Of a stretch of DNA of 64,000 bases, positions 11,956 through 24,747 are shown piece after piece (the stretch's first letter is position 1; every line of letters starts with the position of its first letter). The stretch spans positions 114,576,001 to 114,640,000 of the forward strand of contig OX597814.1 in NCBI GenBank assembly GCA_951406725.2. Reading direction: 5' to 3'. Source of the DNA: Octopus vulgaris (Eukaryota). Made by a program: the position numbers and the translations under genes. The notes below the pieces were generated by a model. The model saw only the letters and a program-made list of their open reading frames with translations, was not told the origin of the DNA and made no database searches.

Positions 11956-12005
<50 letters not shown>

Positions 12006-12780
12006 TGAGGGTAGAACAGAAAGAACACAAACGGAAACCATCAAAACACCACATGCGGAAAAATGGACGACAGCACGACAAACGGCAAACAGGACAAAAA
12101 CAAGATACACCGATCATTTGCAGCTAATTATCTTTTCAGTCGAAATTTGGAATGTCTTTGTAGTTTCGCCCCCTTATCTCCGATCCTACTCGAATCCGGC
12201 GGGGCCAGGGACTTAAGCTAAAAGCATTAAGCCTCTGAGAAAGGCAAACAAATGTGTACAAGAACGAAAACAGGAACAGAAACAAAATCGAGAAAGCTAG
12301 AATTATACACGAACGACAGAACGCCTTTCGGTTATGTATGTATGCATTTAGAGAAAGAGTTACGCGAGAGAGAGAGAGAGAGGGAGAGAAAGAGAGGGAG
12401 AGAGAGAGAAATAGAGGGAGAGAGAGAGAGAAAGAGAAGTAAAATCAGCTTAAAACATTGACTAAGGGAAGATTAAATCTGTTTCTACGTACACGAAAAT
12501 AAATATTCATATTCTGTAAACTGGCAGTTCCTGGACGGAGTATTTCGTTTCTGGCAAAACGATGACGATTTCGTGCAGGAGCGATAAATATATAGAATAT
12601 GAATATTTATTTTCATGTGAGCACATTGAGGTTTAATTTTCACCCACGTCAAAGACTTTAAGCTGTTTTTCCATTTCTGTGAATAATATTCAGAGACGAA
12701 ATTTCTCTTTTCATTTGAGTTTGCAGCTAAAATTACTACGTAGAGATAATAACGAATTACATCTGCGAAATATCTGTCTT

Positions 12781-12816
<36 letters not shown>

Positions 12817-13137
12817 ATTGCTTGTTTTATGTTACGTTATATATGAAAACAATTTTCTCAACCCCTTTGAGTAGCGCATATATTTATTAACTTTTACTAG
12901 GGAAAGGTTTACCTCGACAGAACTCTTTCAAACCCAGCCGACTTATTGATTGACCGAACTGTACAAACAATCGATTATTTAATTGGTTAAATAGCTAACC
13001 AATTGACTAATGATAATAGAAATAAAATTGGACCAGTGCATGCGTTTGTTATTGGCATAATAAGCCTCCTTATATACAACAAAAATGTTTCAACATACGA
13101 GTTTAAATCAAGAATCTTGAGAACCAAGTACAAAACA

Positions 13138-13643
<506 letters not shown>

Positions 13644-13674
13644 TATATATATATGTATATATATATATATATCA

Positions 13675-14058
13675 TTTACTCTTTTACTTGTTTCAGTCAT
13701 TTGCTGGAGCACCGCCTTTAGTTGAGTACATCGACCCCAGGAGTTATTCTTTTTAAGCCTAGAACTTATTCTATCGGTCTCTTTTGCCGAACCGCTATGT
13801 TACGGGGACATAAACACACCAGCATCGGTTGTCAAGCGATGGTTGGGGTGGGACAAACAGACACACAAACATATACACACACACATATATATATACATAT
13901 ATACGACGGGTTTCTTTCAGTTTCCGCCTACCAAAACCACTTACAAGGCTTTGGTCGGCCCGAGGCAATAGTAGAAGACACTTCCCACTCAGTGGTACTG
14001 AACGTGGAACCATGTGGTTGGTAAGATAGCTACTTACCACACAGCCACTCCTGCGCCT
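13675..14058 (-). mobile_element. SINE family B, full length, tail-to-tail with the previous copy
   Basis: Reverse complement of the family B sequence. Confidence 0.92.
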
Positions 14059-14159
14059 ATTGGGTTGGCTTTGTTCGAAGTGCTGAAAAACTTGAAAATA
14101 TTTAAGTAAATATGAAGCTATGAATACATGAATATATTATTTGTATATATATATATATA

Positions 14160-15195
14160 CATATATATAAACTGAGAATGTGTGTCTGTCTGTCTGTCTG
14201 TCTGTGTGTTTCCCTAAAACTTGAGAACTACACAACCAATTTCATTCAAATTTTACACAAGTCTTACTTAGGGTCCGGGGAGTGTCATCGGCTAAAAAAT
14301 GTTCAGCTTAATGCCTAGAGCGATCCCATAGCAATATCATATCTTCTCCACTATTTCAGTATTACGTGTTAAAAGTGAAACAAAAGCATTTCTCTATTTA
14401 ATGTCAGATACTTTCACTTTAACAATAAAAATAATAATAACAATTGAATTATATGTAGTAAGTAATGATTAAAATCAAACTAAAGCTTAATATAATCGTA
14501 ACATAACAAAAGTAAAAATAGCAATTGGTATAAAATTGCATCAATGACTTGAACTTGAATAAGTGGTTTCACATGAATGGGAATAAATTAAAAATAAAAT
14601 TAGCGTGCATAAATGGAATAGTCCAGATGGATAGTAAAAAATTAAATTAAAGAAAAGACTATTGTCTATAAAGTATACAATGTAGAGAAAAAAGATTTGA
14701 ACTCATGGAGGAAAGCACCTTCGAAAAGTGTCTTGGTTCGACTATGAAAGATATCTAATCAGAGGGGCGATAAATTCGCCACAATAGAAGCCAGGTTCGA
14801 GTCAACGGAGCGTGCAAGGGAGTACTCGACTCAAACTTGCAAAGTGGAAATATTTTATTTTTACCTTTATATCTGGGACGTAGGACGTCCCGGAAAAGAA
14901 TTTTAAATGCCCCCCCCCTCCGAAGTAGAGGTAGGCTGGATTGTAGCCACACTTCTATACAAGAGGGAGGACAAGATACAATTGATCGAAATTACAAGAG
15001 ACAGGCTAATAATTCCAGTCTGATAATATATTTTGAGTATTGTTATCACTAGCGATATCAAGATATAACTTTGTATTTTGTATTTTATGTGTAGATGTAT
15101 ATATATAGATGTACATGTAATATGTACACATATATATACACATATATACATGCACTAGCACTATGACCCGGCAACGACGGGTCTTTAATGCTAGT
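14160..15195 (+). mobile_element. Possible non-autonomous Helitron (5' TATATAAA + (GTCT)n; 3' hairpin + CTAG|T)
   Basis: Start resembles that of the Helitron at 17465; 3' GACCCG-gcaacga-CGGGTC hairpin followed by TGCTAGT. Whether the two ends belong together is uncertain. Confidence 0.4.
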
Positions 15196-15257
15196 ATATA
15201 TATATATATATATGTATTTATGTATGTATGTATGTATGTTTATGTATAGATACATGT

Positions 15258-15305
<48 letters not shown>

Positions 15306-15526
15306 ATAAGATTCTACAGAGCCTTTTTTTCTTTTGTCTGATGTGTTCGGTCAGTGTAATCCATGTCACATAACTGCATGTGAAAACTTAGAAACTCCTC
15401 TTAGATAGGGAATTTTACATATGTTTCTTAACTACAAACGATCCACGAAATTTATTAGTTTAAGTTATGAGAATAATTTACCTGTACGAGGCTGTGTATG
15501 CGGTAATTATCTTGCGTTAATATATT

Positions 15527-15941
15527 TATTTCTTTATTGCCCGCAGGGGGTTAAACATAGAGGGGAAAAACAAGAATAGACAAAGGGATTAAATCGATTA
15601 CATCGACCCCAGTGCGTAACTGGTACTTATTTAATCGACTCCGAAATGATGAAAGGCAAAGTCGACCTTGGCGGAATTTGAACTCAGAACGTAACGGCAG
15701 ACAAAATACCTATTTCTTTACTACCCACAAGGGACTAAACACAGAGAAGACAAACAAGGACAGACAAACGGATAAATCGATTATATCGACCCCAGTGCGT
15801 AACTGGTACTTATTTAATCGACCCCGAAAGGATGAAAGGCAAAGTCGATCTCGGCGGAATTTGAACTCAGAACGTAACGGCAGACGAAATACGGCTACGC
15901 ATTTCGCCCGGCGTGCTAGCGTTTCTGCCAGCACGCCGTCT
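15527..15941 (-). mobile_element. SINE family A (dimeric)
   Basis: High similarity to 8150-8564. Confidence 0.92.
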
Positions 15942-17464
15942 TGAGTTAATACACTGAGGTGGCTTTGGGTGCTGATATAGATAGCTTTGCGCTTGTTGAG
16001 TATAGATAAGCTGTTACACTGAAGCAAATGTAAAATAATTGTTGTTGTGGCACGTCTGCTCTGATCTGCTGTTGTAATCCTCGTATTGCCTTATCTCTTG
16101 CCCGTGTTGTGTCTTTCTCTAGTAGGTATCATGCTAAACAAGTGATATCATTAGATGTTTATCATTAGCAACTGATGTTCATGCCTTCCATTCTCCTTCT
16201 TGATGTCCTAGTTCAGTGTTGACTGTACACTTCGATAGAAGCTAGGATGTTCACGTAGATAGTGAATCCCACCTCACTAGTGCTAATAATTACTTTTCTG
16301 TATTTACAATATTTTGGGAGTTTTATATAGCATAGACCCAATATTAGTCCTTGGAGCTTTCTCCATGACAGCGGGTTTGCTTCTTATGCTGTGTGTTTAT
16401 CCGTTTGAATAATCGACTTCCGCTCCATTCTTATTTTTAGTTTTATTTATTTTTAGCGACATCGTTTCAGGTGGTTGGGATATGTGGCGACACTAAATGT
16501 ACTTTATATTTTGTCATTCATCATGGTATTTCTGTTGCATTACTTCAACAAGAAGTAGTGGCTGAAATAATATCCCCAGTTTTTGCTTTAGGTACATTAG
16601 TCCTGCGTTTTAATATTAGTGTTAGTACACTGAAGTGGAAAATTTTGATAGCATACGAACGAGAAAATTTCTTTTTTCTTTTTTCTCTCAATCTGTGCAA
16701 TTCTCTTCTAGAAACTCTAGCGACTCAAGTTTTCTTCATATATCCTTTCCAACAGATCTCTTTTGAAGTTTCCATGCCTAGAGGAGTAGAAGAATTTCTG
16801 CGATTTTCCATTTTTGTCTTGCCATTTTCTTATTTTATATGATTTTTATTTATTTTTCATTTATACCATACACTGCTTAGGATCTACCATATAAAAGTTT
16901 AGCAATTATGAAAAAGTCTAAAGTACTACTTTCCGATATTATTTTTTATTTATGATTGCTGCTTAGAACTTACGACATAAAAGTCCAAAAATAGTTTTAA
17001 AGTATCTTAAATTTGAGGTAGTACAAGAAAACTACTTTATGATTTCTATTTCTGTATATATTTTTAAAAATTTTTTGTCAGAAGGTAAGGCAGTGCACAT
17101 GATGTGTTACAGGACCTGCAAAACAGACTGGTGGGAGGAAGATAACCTCAAACCGAAAACCGGTGGGTTGTAAGTAGTAATTATAATAGGCTTAACCTTG
17201 GCGATGCTACAAGGGATATCAACCCATCGCAGAGGTTAAGTCTACTGTGATTACCGCTTATAACCTACTGTTTCAAAGATCAACAGTAGCCTTGGAGTGT
17301 TTAGCTTTTGTAGGAAACTATTACAGCTTGCACACATTCACGCACACATACACATGCGCACGCATACATACGTATTTGTTCTATTTTCGTTTTGGAAACA
17401 TCGAAACATTTGAAAATAAGTAATCTTTTTTAAAGAAACAAATACAAATGAATCTATAAATAAA

Positions 17465-17820
17465 TCTCTCTATATATAAAGCTGCAGTTGTCTGTGTATG
17501 GCAGGTTTGGTAGCCTTCAACTAACACTATCTCCTCCGAGACCCTGTGGCGCAAGCTGACCAAAATTGAGAGCGTGATAGAAGAAGGCTTGCTCTTCCTT
17601 CCGTAGAAGAAAAAATTCAAAAAGTTGCTTTTTTTCTATGAAAATCCCTATTTTTTTACGATTTTTTGACTGCTGTGTCGCCATTTTTCGGTGTATTTCA
17701 ACCAGAAAAATGTTCACTCAAAGAGAATAACAAGCTACACGATGCAAAATCTTTACTTTTCAAAAGTTCCAATTCTAAAGGGTCGAAACAAACCCGAGCA
17801 ACGTCGGGCGATATTGCTAG
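17465..17820 (+). mobile_element. Non-autonomous Helitron
   Basis: A|TCTCTCTATATATAAA 5' end; subterminal hairpin CCCGA-gcaacg-TCGGG; 3' CTAG|T; inserted between A and T without a TSD. Confidence 0.85.
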
Positions 17821-18081
17821 TAAATAGATAAGCAACATCTCGCTAAACATCGGGTAATATTCAAACAGCTATAAGTTGACCGACTCACGCACAAAATTTG
17901 AAGCACGACATCAGATCAAAAATTATCGGGACTGTTGGTATAACAAGAAAACTACAACATACATCAGTTCGATGTTTAATCTCCTTCGAAAGCCACACGC
18001 TTTATCCAGAGTAGTTTCCATCGCTGAAAGCATTCCTGGGACTCCTATGCCTCGTCGCATTCTCTTGGATTTCCTCGAGAT

Positions 18082-18264
18082 ACTCTTTTTTACTCTTTTA
18101 CTTGTTTCAGTCTTTTGACTGTGGCCATGCTGGAGCACCGCCTTTCAGTCGACTTATTAAGCCTAGTACTTATTCTATCGGTCTCTTTCGGCTAACCGCT
18201 AAGTTACGGGGCCGTAAACACACCAGCATCGGTTGTCAAGCGATGGTGGGGGGACAAACACAGT

Positions 18265-18306
<42 letters not shown>

Positions 18307-18483
18307 CATACATATATACGACGGGCTTCTTTCAATTTCCGTCTACCAAATCCACTCACAAGGCATTGGTCGGCCGGAGGCTATAGTAGAAGACATTTGC
18401 CCAAGGTGCCACGCAGTGGGACTGAACCCGGATCCATGTGGTTGGTAAGAAAGCTACTTACCACACAGCCACTCCTACGCCTA
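18082..18483 (-). mobile_element. SINE family B, full length
   Basis: Reverse complement of the family B sequence. Confidence 0.92.
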
Positions 18484-18578
18484 TCTTCAAATCTTGATTT
18501 TTCTTTCAAGTGAGATTTGAATTTTGGGAAAATACTTGGCCGCAAAAATCTTCAAGCAGTGTCTCTTTTCACACACAC

Positions 18579-18654
<76 letters not shown>

Positions 18655-19252
18655 CTGCACGCACTTTCACTACCATGGACACCGATGAAACCTCTCTGGG
18701 GTGGTGAAACGACGGCACTCTACCCACTTTACTCTCAAGCACTGCTCTAAACAACGGATGTGAGCGAGAACCTTATAACTTGACCTTGAGTTCAAGCTAA
18801 ATCTGTGCCACGCGTACTCTACGTCCGTTCGTTACCATAGCAAGAACCCCGATACTCCTTGATTGGACCTCGTTCATGTCTGCCATACATCAGACAGACG
18901 TTATAAAACACGACATGAAGGTGAACCTGACAACTTTCAACCGTCCAATGAAACTTTTATGTGTTTAAGCAAGAAGTCAATAAATTTGGGTTGGCTTTGT
19001 TCGAAGTGCTAACAAATTTGAAAACATATAAGTAAATATGAAGCTATGAATACATTAATATATTATTTGGACACATGTGCACACACCTACACATATCTTT
19101 TTTATATATACGTATGCATATAGATATATAGATATGTGTCGATGTATCGATAAGCACGTGTGTCTTTCTGCGTGTGAATTTTTGTTGTAATACATACATA
19201 CATACATACATACATACCATACATACATACATACATACATACATACATACAT

Positions 19253-19285
<33 letters not shown>

Positions 19286-19329
19286 TACATACATACATAC
19301 ATACATACATACATACATACATACATACA

Positions 19330-19361
<32 letters not shown>

Positions 19362-20296
19362 CACACATGACCATGCATAGATAGATAGGGCATATATACA
19401 GAAAAGAGACTCCAGAGAATTATCTGTTTGATCGTTAAATACATATCTGTGTTGGCCACCAAAAATACGTAATGTTGCCCTATAAATTTCTTTTATTCTG
19501 TTTTAACGACCTACAAGAGAGATAAATGCAGCAGATCAATTCCCCTGTGGTATCGTAAAAGTATGAATGCCAGTCGAAACTAGATTCACATTTTGCAAGA
19601 CTCTGACCAGATCTACATTGATATACTGCTCGCATGTATGCGAATGAGGGAGGGAGCAGTTTCTCCTGCTTTTGCAATTACCTTATACATCTCTGACAGA
19701 ATCGAGGTCATACAACTGATTAGCAAGATTTTACTCCCTAACACAGTTCAACCATTGGCAAATTGATGTGTTATGGTTTTATTTCCCTATGCCCCTATTC
19801 TATCGCTATAAGTGCTTGTACGTCTCTATAATCTATAACTGCACTCATCCAAATTTATGCGACCACTCACGATTACGCCTTCGGTTTCTTTCATTATAAC
19901 TCACTCACTTCCCAGGTTTCTTCTTACTGAGCATTCTGTCCTCCTCAAGGCTGCTCCGCTCTGTAAGGCCACGTGTGTATTGCAAACGTGGACTTGAAAA
20001 CTATCCAAAATGATCAACAACCACATTTATTTCGCCAACTGAGAGAACATGTAGAGATACTGTTTGTCCTGTTTTTCTTCTCTAACAGACATGAAAACAT
20101 GATGTAATTGCTGCTGCTCTTGTTGCTAGTGTTGTTGATTCTGAACCTGATTAAATAAAACTGCTACTAACGTGTCCGACTAACAATTTACTCACTTGCA
20201 CACAGACAAGCACTTAACTGCACACCACGTATTAATGCAAAGAAACTTACGAATAACACCTTTGAAATACATATTTACGTAAAAACACAGATAGAG

Positions 20297-20327
<31 letters not shown>

Positions 20328-20724
20328 TATATATACAAACACGCGTACACACAGACGCACATGTGAGCTTCTTGAAGACTTAGGAAAGTAACTATACAAT
20401 CAGTGATATGTACACGTAGCATGTGCAATATTTTCTCTGAATACCATTAATTTCTTTAAGGTCTCAAGAGATTACTTTTGTTGTTTTCTTATTAATTTCA
20501 TTTTAAAAATGTCTTTTTCGTTTAGAATCGGTTCGTTTGGGTATTGTTTTCTCACACTTCCATTTTATACATCCATACATTGACTAACAGACACATTTCT
20601 ATGCTTTCACACACATATACACGCACATACACGCATATAATATACATTTAAATCCGTAAACATATACGTATATATATATATATGAATTTATATATGTGTT
20701 TGTATGTGTGTATATATGAGTATG

Positions 20725-20778
<54 letters not shown>

Positions 20779-20873
20779 GACACATAATTTTCATCATGCT
20801 GACCCATTAATGCCGGCACATTTTTCTCTGTTTTTTCTTTCTTTTCATTCTCTCTCCGTTTTTTCTTCTCAAT

Positions 20874-20911
20874 TCTTTCTGTGAAAGAGCGTATGCTCGA
20901 AACGTAAAAGA
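20874..20911 (+). ncRNA. Minimal hammerhead-like motif (non-canonical core) in a Penelope-like repeat
   Basis: UCUUU [CUGUGAA] A GAGC-guau-GCUC [GAAA] CG UA AAAGA; related copy at 51688-51722. Confidence 0.5.
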
Positions 20912-20985
20912 CTTTTGCATTCTTCCCGAGCATTAAATTAATACACCTGTTTGCTGTTTCAACTTTCATCTTTTGTTTTCTATAA

Positions 20986-21030
<45 letters not shown>

Positions 21031-21219
21031 GAAGACTTATACAGTAGCAGCACGATAAAATGATAGTATGTTGTCAACTTAATGTGATAGTCCCATTAGG
21101 GAAGAATACTACTGCCCTTTAGCCTCAAGAAACACCGTTTCCTGTTGGCCTTCACTAATTTCCTGTGTCCTTATGTTTTCAAAGGGGAGATAACCACCTC
21201 CACCCAACAAAGCCAGCAT

Positions 21220-21260
21220 CCAGAGTCTAGTTTCAGAGTCATTGCTCATCATCAGTCTGA
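21220..21260 (-). ncRNA. Type I hammerhead with a mutated cleavage triplet
   Basis: Minus strand: UCAGA [CUGAUGA] U GAG-caauga-CUC U [GAAA] CUAG AC UCUGG; GAC where GUC is expected. Confidence 0.6.
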
Positions 21261-21313
21261 CTTGCTAGCTGTCGATACACACACACGCATATAATATAAT
21301 ATAATATAATATA

Positions 21314-21422
<109 letters not shown>

Positions 21423-21885
21423 ATGTATGTATGTATTATCAATGTCACATGTTTAATGTATTTGTGTTCTTAAACGTTTCGGATTGCAGTATTTCGTCAA
21501 AGGGAACTCCTTTTAAAGACGTACAGAGTTACAAAAAGTACCCTGCCTAGGAGAAGGAAATCTATAAGAAAAACCAACCGCGGAACTGAAATAGCAAGTT
21601 GGTGTCTGGCGCGGGATAAATTTACCTCATGGCTCGAGGGAAGTCTTAAGCCTTGGACGATAATCGCTCCTGAGATGGGGTCTCGTATGTAAAATACCAG
21701 GATGTAGGACTGGCGATCCATTTTTGTATCAGCTACCGAAAGAATCACCATGATGTCCACTTGCAGATTTCGAGTCTCTGTTCAGTTCCAAATACTTACT
21801 TTGTTTCCCATGAAACATATGACCAGCAACCTCTAAAAGCTTTAGAGCAGGGTATTTTCAAGAGGTAGATGTAGATACAAGAACA

Positions 21886-22118
21886 ATATCCCTCAAGCTA
21901 GAGCAGAAACGGCTACAATTTGCTGACCACTGTCATCGAGCAGAGAAAGAGGTTATCTCATCCTTGCTCCTATGGCATCCCTCTGGAAGCGTTTTCTTCA
22001 GGAAACTGGCGTTTCCAGATATTATATCCCGGGACTCGGGGCTGGATATTAGAGAACTGAACACAGCGATGCAGGACCGAGTAGTGTGGACATGTTTTGT
22101 CAATGGAGTTGAAGGATG
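21886..22118 (+). mobile_element. RTE-clade LINE 3' coding remnant
   Basis: Translates KRLQFADHCHRAEKEVISSLLLWHP...FPDIISRDSGLDIRELNTAMQDRVVW, typical of an RTE ORF C-terminus. Confidence 0.7.
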
Positions 22119-22134
22119 AGGATGGGATTCCAAA

Positions 22135-22740
22135 TGTTTGTGCCTACGATGTGGCATCAAACTCTCTTTAGATTTACAAACAATTCCATAATCCTCACAA
22201 ATCACACGTTCAGACCGTTCCGGTGAGAAATTAGATTCGGATTTCCGCTTGTCCCTGTTTTCTATTAGCATACCTAATCTTGCAGATTTAGAATTTTTTA
22301 TTACCTTATAACCTAATTTTCTCTATAATTCGCGATCCTGTGTCATTCTTTCAAACGATGCTACATGTATATTTGAATAATACACTTCGATTGTATTTTA
22401 TCATTTTGTCTTAAAAGGAGTCCGCCCATTATTTCCTAAATCATCATAAATTTGATTGTACAGAAAAATTTTCGTAGGCGTTCCTCATTCATCTCAATTA
22501 CCTGATCAATTCATCAAAATTGAGAACGGCTAAAAAAAATTCTTCAATATCTGAAATACCGTATTTCTTGGACAGATCGTAATTATAATAAATGCTGTGC
22601 TCCCAGGTTTTCCCACAGCTGCTGTGCAAAGCAACAGCCATGAAAAAGTATCTTATTGTTCTATATAGATCGTATGTGGAGTTCTGGGTCTCTAATTCAT
22701 AAATTACATAGAAACGATTGTACGTTTCAGACGCGATGCT
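22135..22740 (-). mobile_element. Highly decayed RTE-clade LINE 3' region
   Basis: Fragments such as VIEMNEERLRK and GRTP, plus a terminal C2H2-like remnant ICEDYGIVCKSKESLMPHRRH. Confidence 0.55.
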
Positions 22741-23162
22741 GTGATATGCTGAAAAGAGTCAGTTGCATTGAATAACTTATAATCTGGCGGAGACATTTGC
22801 ATTAAATCTGCAATTCAAATAGCAAAATATTTTATATATGTGAAATCATCAACATTTATCTACCTACCTACCTACCTACCTACCTACCTACCTACCTACC
22901 TACCTACCTACCTACATACCTACCTACCTCCCTACCTACCTACCTACCTACCTACATACATACCTACCTACCTACCATCCTACCTACCTACCTACCTACC
23001 TACCTACCTACCTGCTTGCCTGCCTGCCTGCCTGCCTGCCTGTATGTCCGTGTGTCTGTCTATGTGTATGTGTCTGTAAAAGCACGTTGGCTGAATAGAT
23101 TGGTGTTACTTCCCTCTACGCTCTTACAATTACACAAAAGTTGATTTACAGTATGTATAATA

Positions 23163-24444
23163 TTAGGTCGTCAAGTATGAAATTTGTAGAAAAGAAAAAC
23201 AAGTTTGCTAATATTCATATAAATACAAGGAATAGTTTTATTCATCAAAGTATGCACCCATATTGTCAATACGCTTTTACCATTTCAGCGGTAGTTTGTC
23301 CAGCCCGGAACTGTAAAAGCCTGGCAATCTAGAGTCAATATAATCTTGGAAGGCCTGTTTTACAGCATCGTCAGAATTAAATTTTTTGCCTATCAAAAAC
23401 TTATCCAAATTCTGGAAGAAGTGGTAGTCAGTGGGGCAACTAGAGAAGTGGTAGCCTGTGGGTCAGTGAGTATGGTGGATGATGGAACTTCCAACTCCAA
23501 CTACAGTAGTTTCGGCAATGTCATATTTGCGATGTGTGGACTGGTGTTGTTTTGCAATAAAATTCGAGTGGATCTGTTGACTAATCTAGGCTGTTTTTTT
23601 TTAAAGTTTCTACATCATTTGGTCCATTTGACTGCAGTATACTTCGGCCGTGATTGATGATCCAGGTTTAATGAAATCATAATGGATTACACTTGCGCCA
23701 GACCATCAAACACACTATAAGCTTCTTTTGATGAATTTTGCTTTTTGGACTGTGTTTTGGTGGCTCGTCTTTGTCCAATAATTGTGCTGAACGTTTACGG
23801 TTGTTGTATTGGATCCATTTCTCATCACATGTTACAGTTCGATTAAAAAATGATTCATTTTTGTGACGAGAAAGTAGCATAATGCAGACTTCCAAACGTT
23901 ACTTTTTCTGATTTTCATTGAGTTTATGTGGAACCCACTTATCCAACTTTTTCACTTTACCGATTAGAACTAGGTGAAGCAATATTATTTGCTTGGTAAC
24001 ACCAAACAATAACAATAATTCACGGGCACTTTGAGATGGATCTGACTCGACGGTGGCTTTCAGTTCGTCATTATCCACCTTTGTTTCTGATCGACCGCGT
24101 TCTCTTTTGTGAGGTCAAAGTTACCGGAACGAAATTTTGCAAACGAATTTGATACTGTCTGCTGTGTAATAACATTAGAATGAAATACACCATTAATATT
24201 CCGAGCTGTCTGTGAGGCTGTATTTCCAAGAAAGAACTCATATTTCAAAGCTGTACGAATTTCCGACTTATCCATCTCTAAACAAAAACAGTAAAAAACG
24301 ATTTATAAATACCTTATAAAGTGCAAATGAGTTAAAATAAAGAAATAGATTTGTCAACTTTCTAACAAAAAAACAAAGGTTGTCAAAATATAATAATGTC
24401 GCAAAATGAGCAGCTGTCAAAATTTACCTTACCTGACGACCTAA
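23163..24444 (-). mobile_element. Full-length (1282 bp) mariner transposon, decayed
   Basis: TIRs TTAGGTCGTCA(A/G)GTA at both ends with TA duplication; transposase pieces MDKSEIR..KYEF.LG, WVPHKL and TCDEKWIQYNN. Confidence 0.92.
23240..24275 (-). pseudogene. Mariner transposase pseudogene (frameshifts and stops)
   Basis: Split ORFs 24060..24275 and 23677..23895, with WVPHKL between them. Confidence 0.88.
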
Positions 24445-24491
24445 TACAATCAGACAGACACACACGCGCGCGCATGCACACATACATACAT

Positions 24492-24710
24492 GATGGCTGC
24501 TCCCTCGTTATCGAGTATGGCCATTGCACGAAGCTTAACTGTTATTGGTGCTCTGATCGAATGTGACTTTTTAGCCCAGCTAAAGATCTACAATGTCTTG
24601 TACAGATTTGGCAGCTAAAACATTTACCTGCTGTAGTTGTAACTGGGCTTCGTGTACCTTTGCATGTCGTCCCGCCGAATTGTGCTCTCTTCCACATGCC
24701 TGACAGGTGA
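24492..24710 (-). mobile_element. RTE-clade LINE 3' end with a C2H2 finger, inside (TATG)n
   Basis: FSCQICTRHCRSLAGLKSHIRSEHQ* followed by a short 3' UTR shared with 6040-6084; CATA repeats on both sides. Confidence 0.75.
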
Positions 24711-24711
24711 G

Positions 24712-24747
<36 letters not shown>

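Noticed and set aside
12000-12250. Penelope-like fragment with possible minus-strand HHR pieces
   Set aside because: Core and stems too degenerate to support
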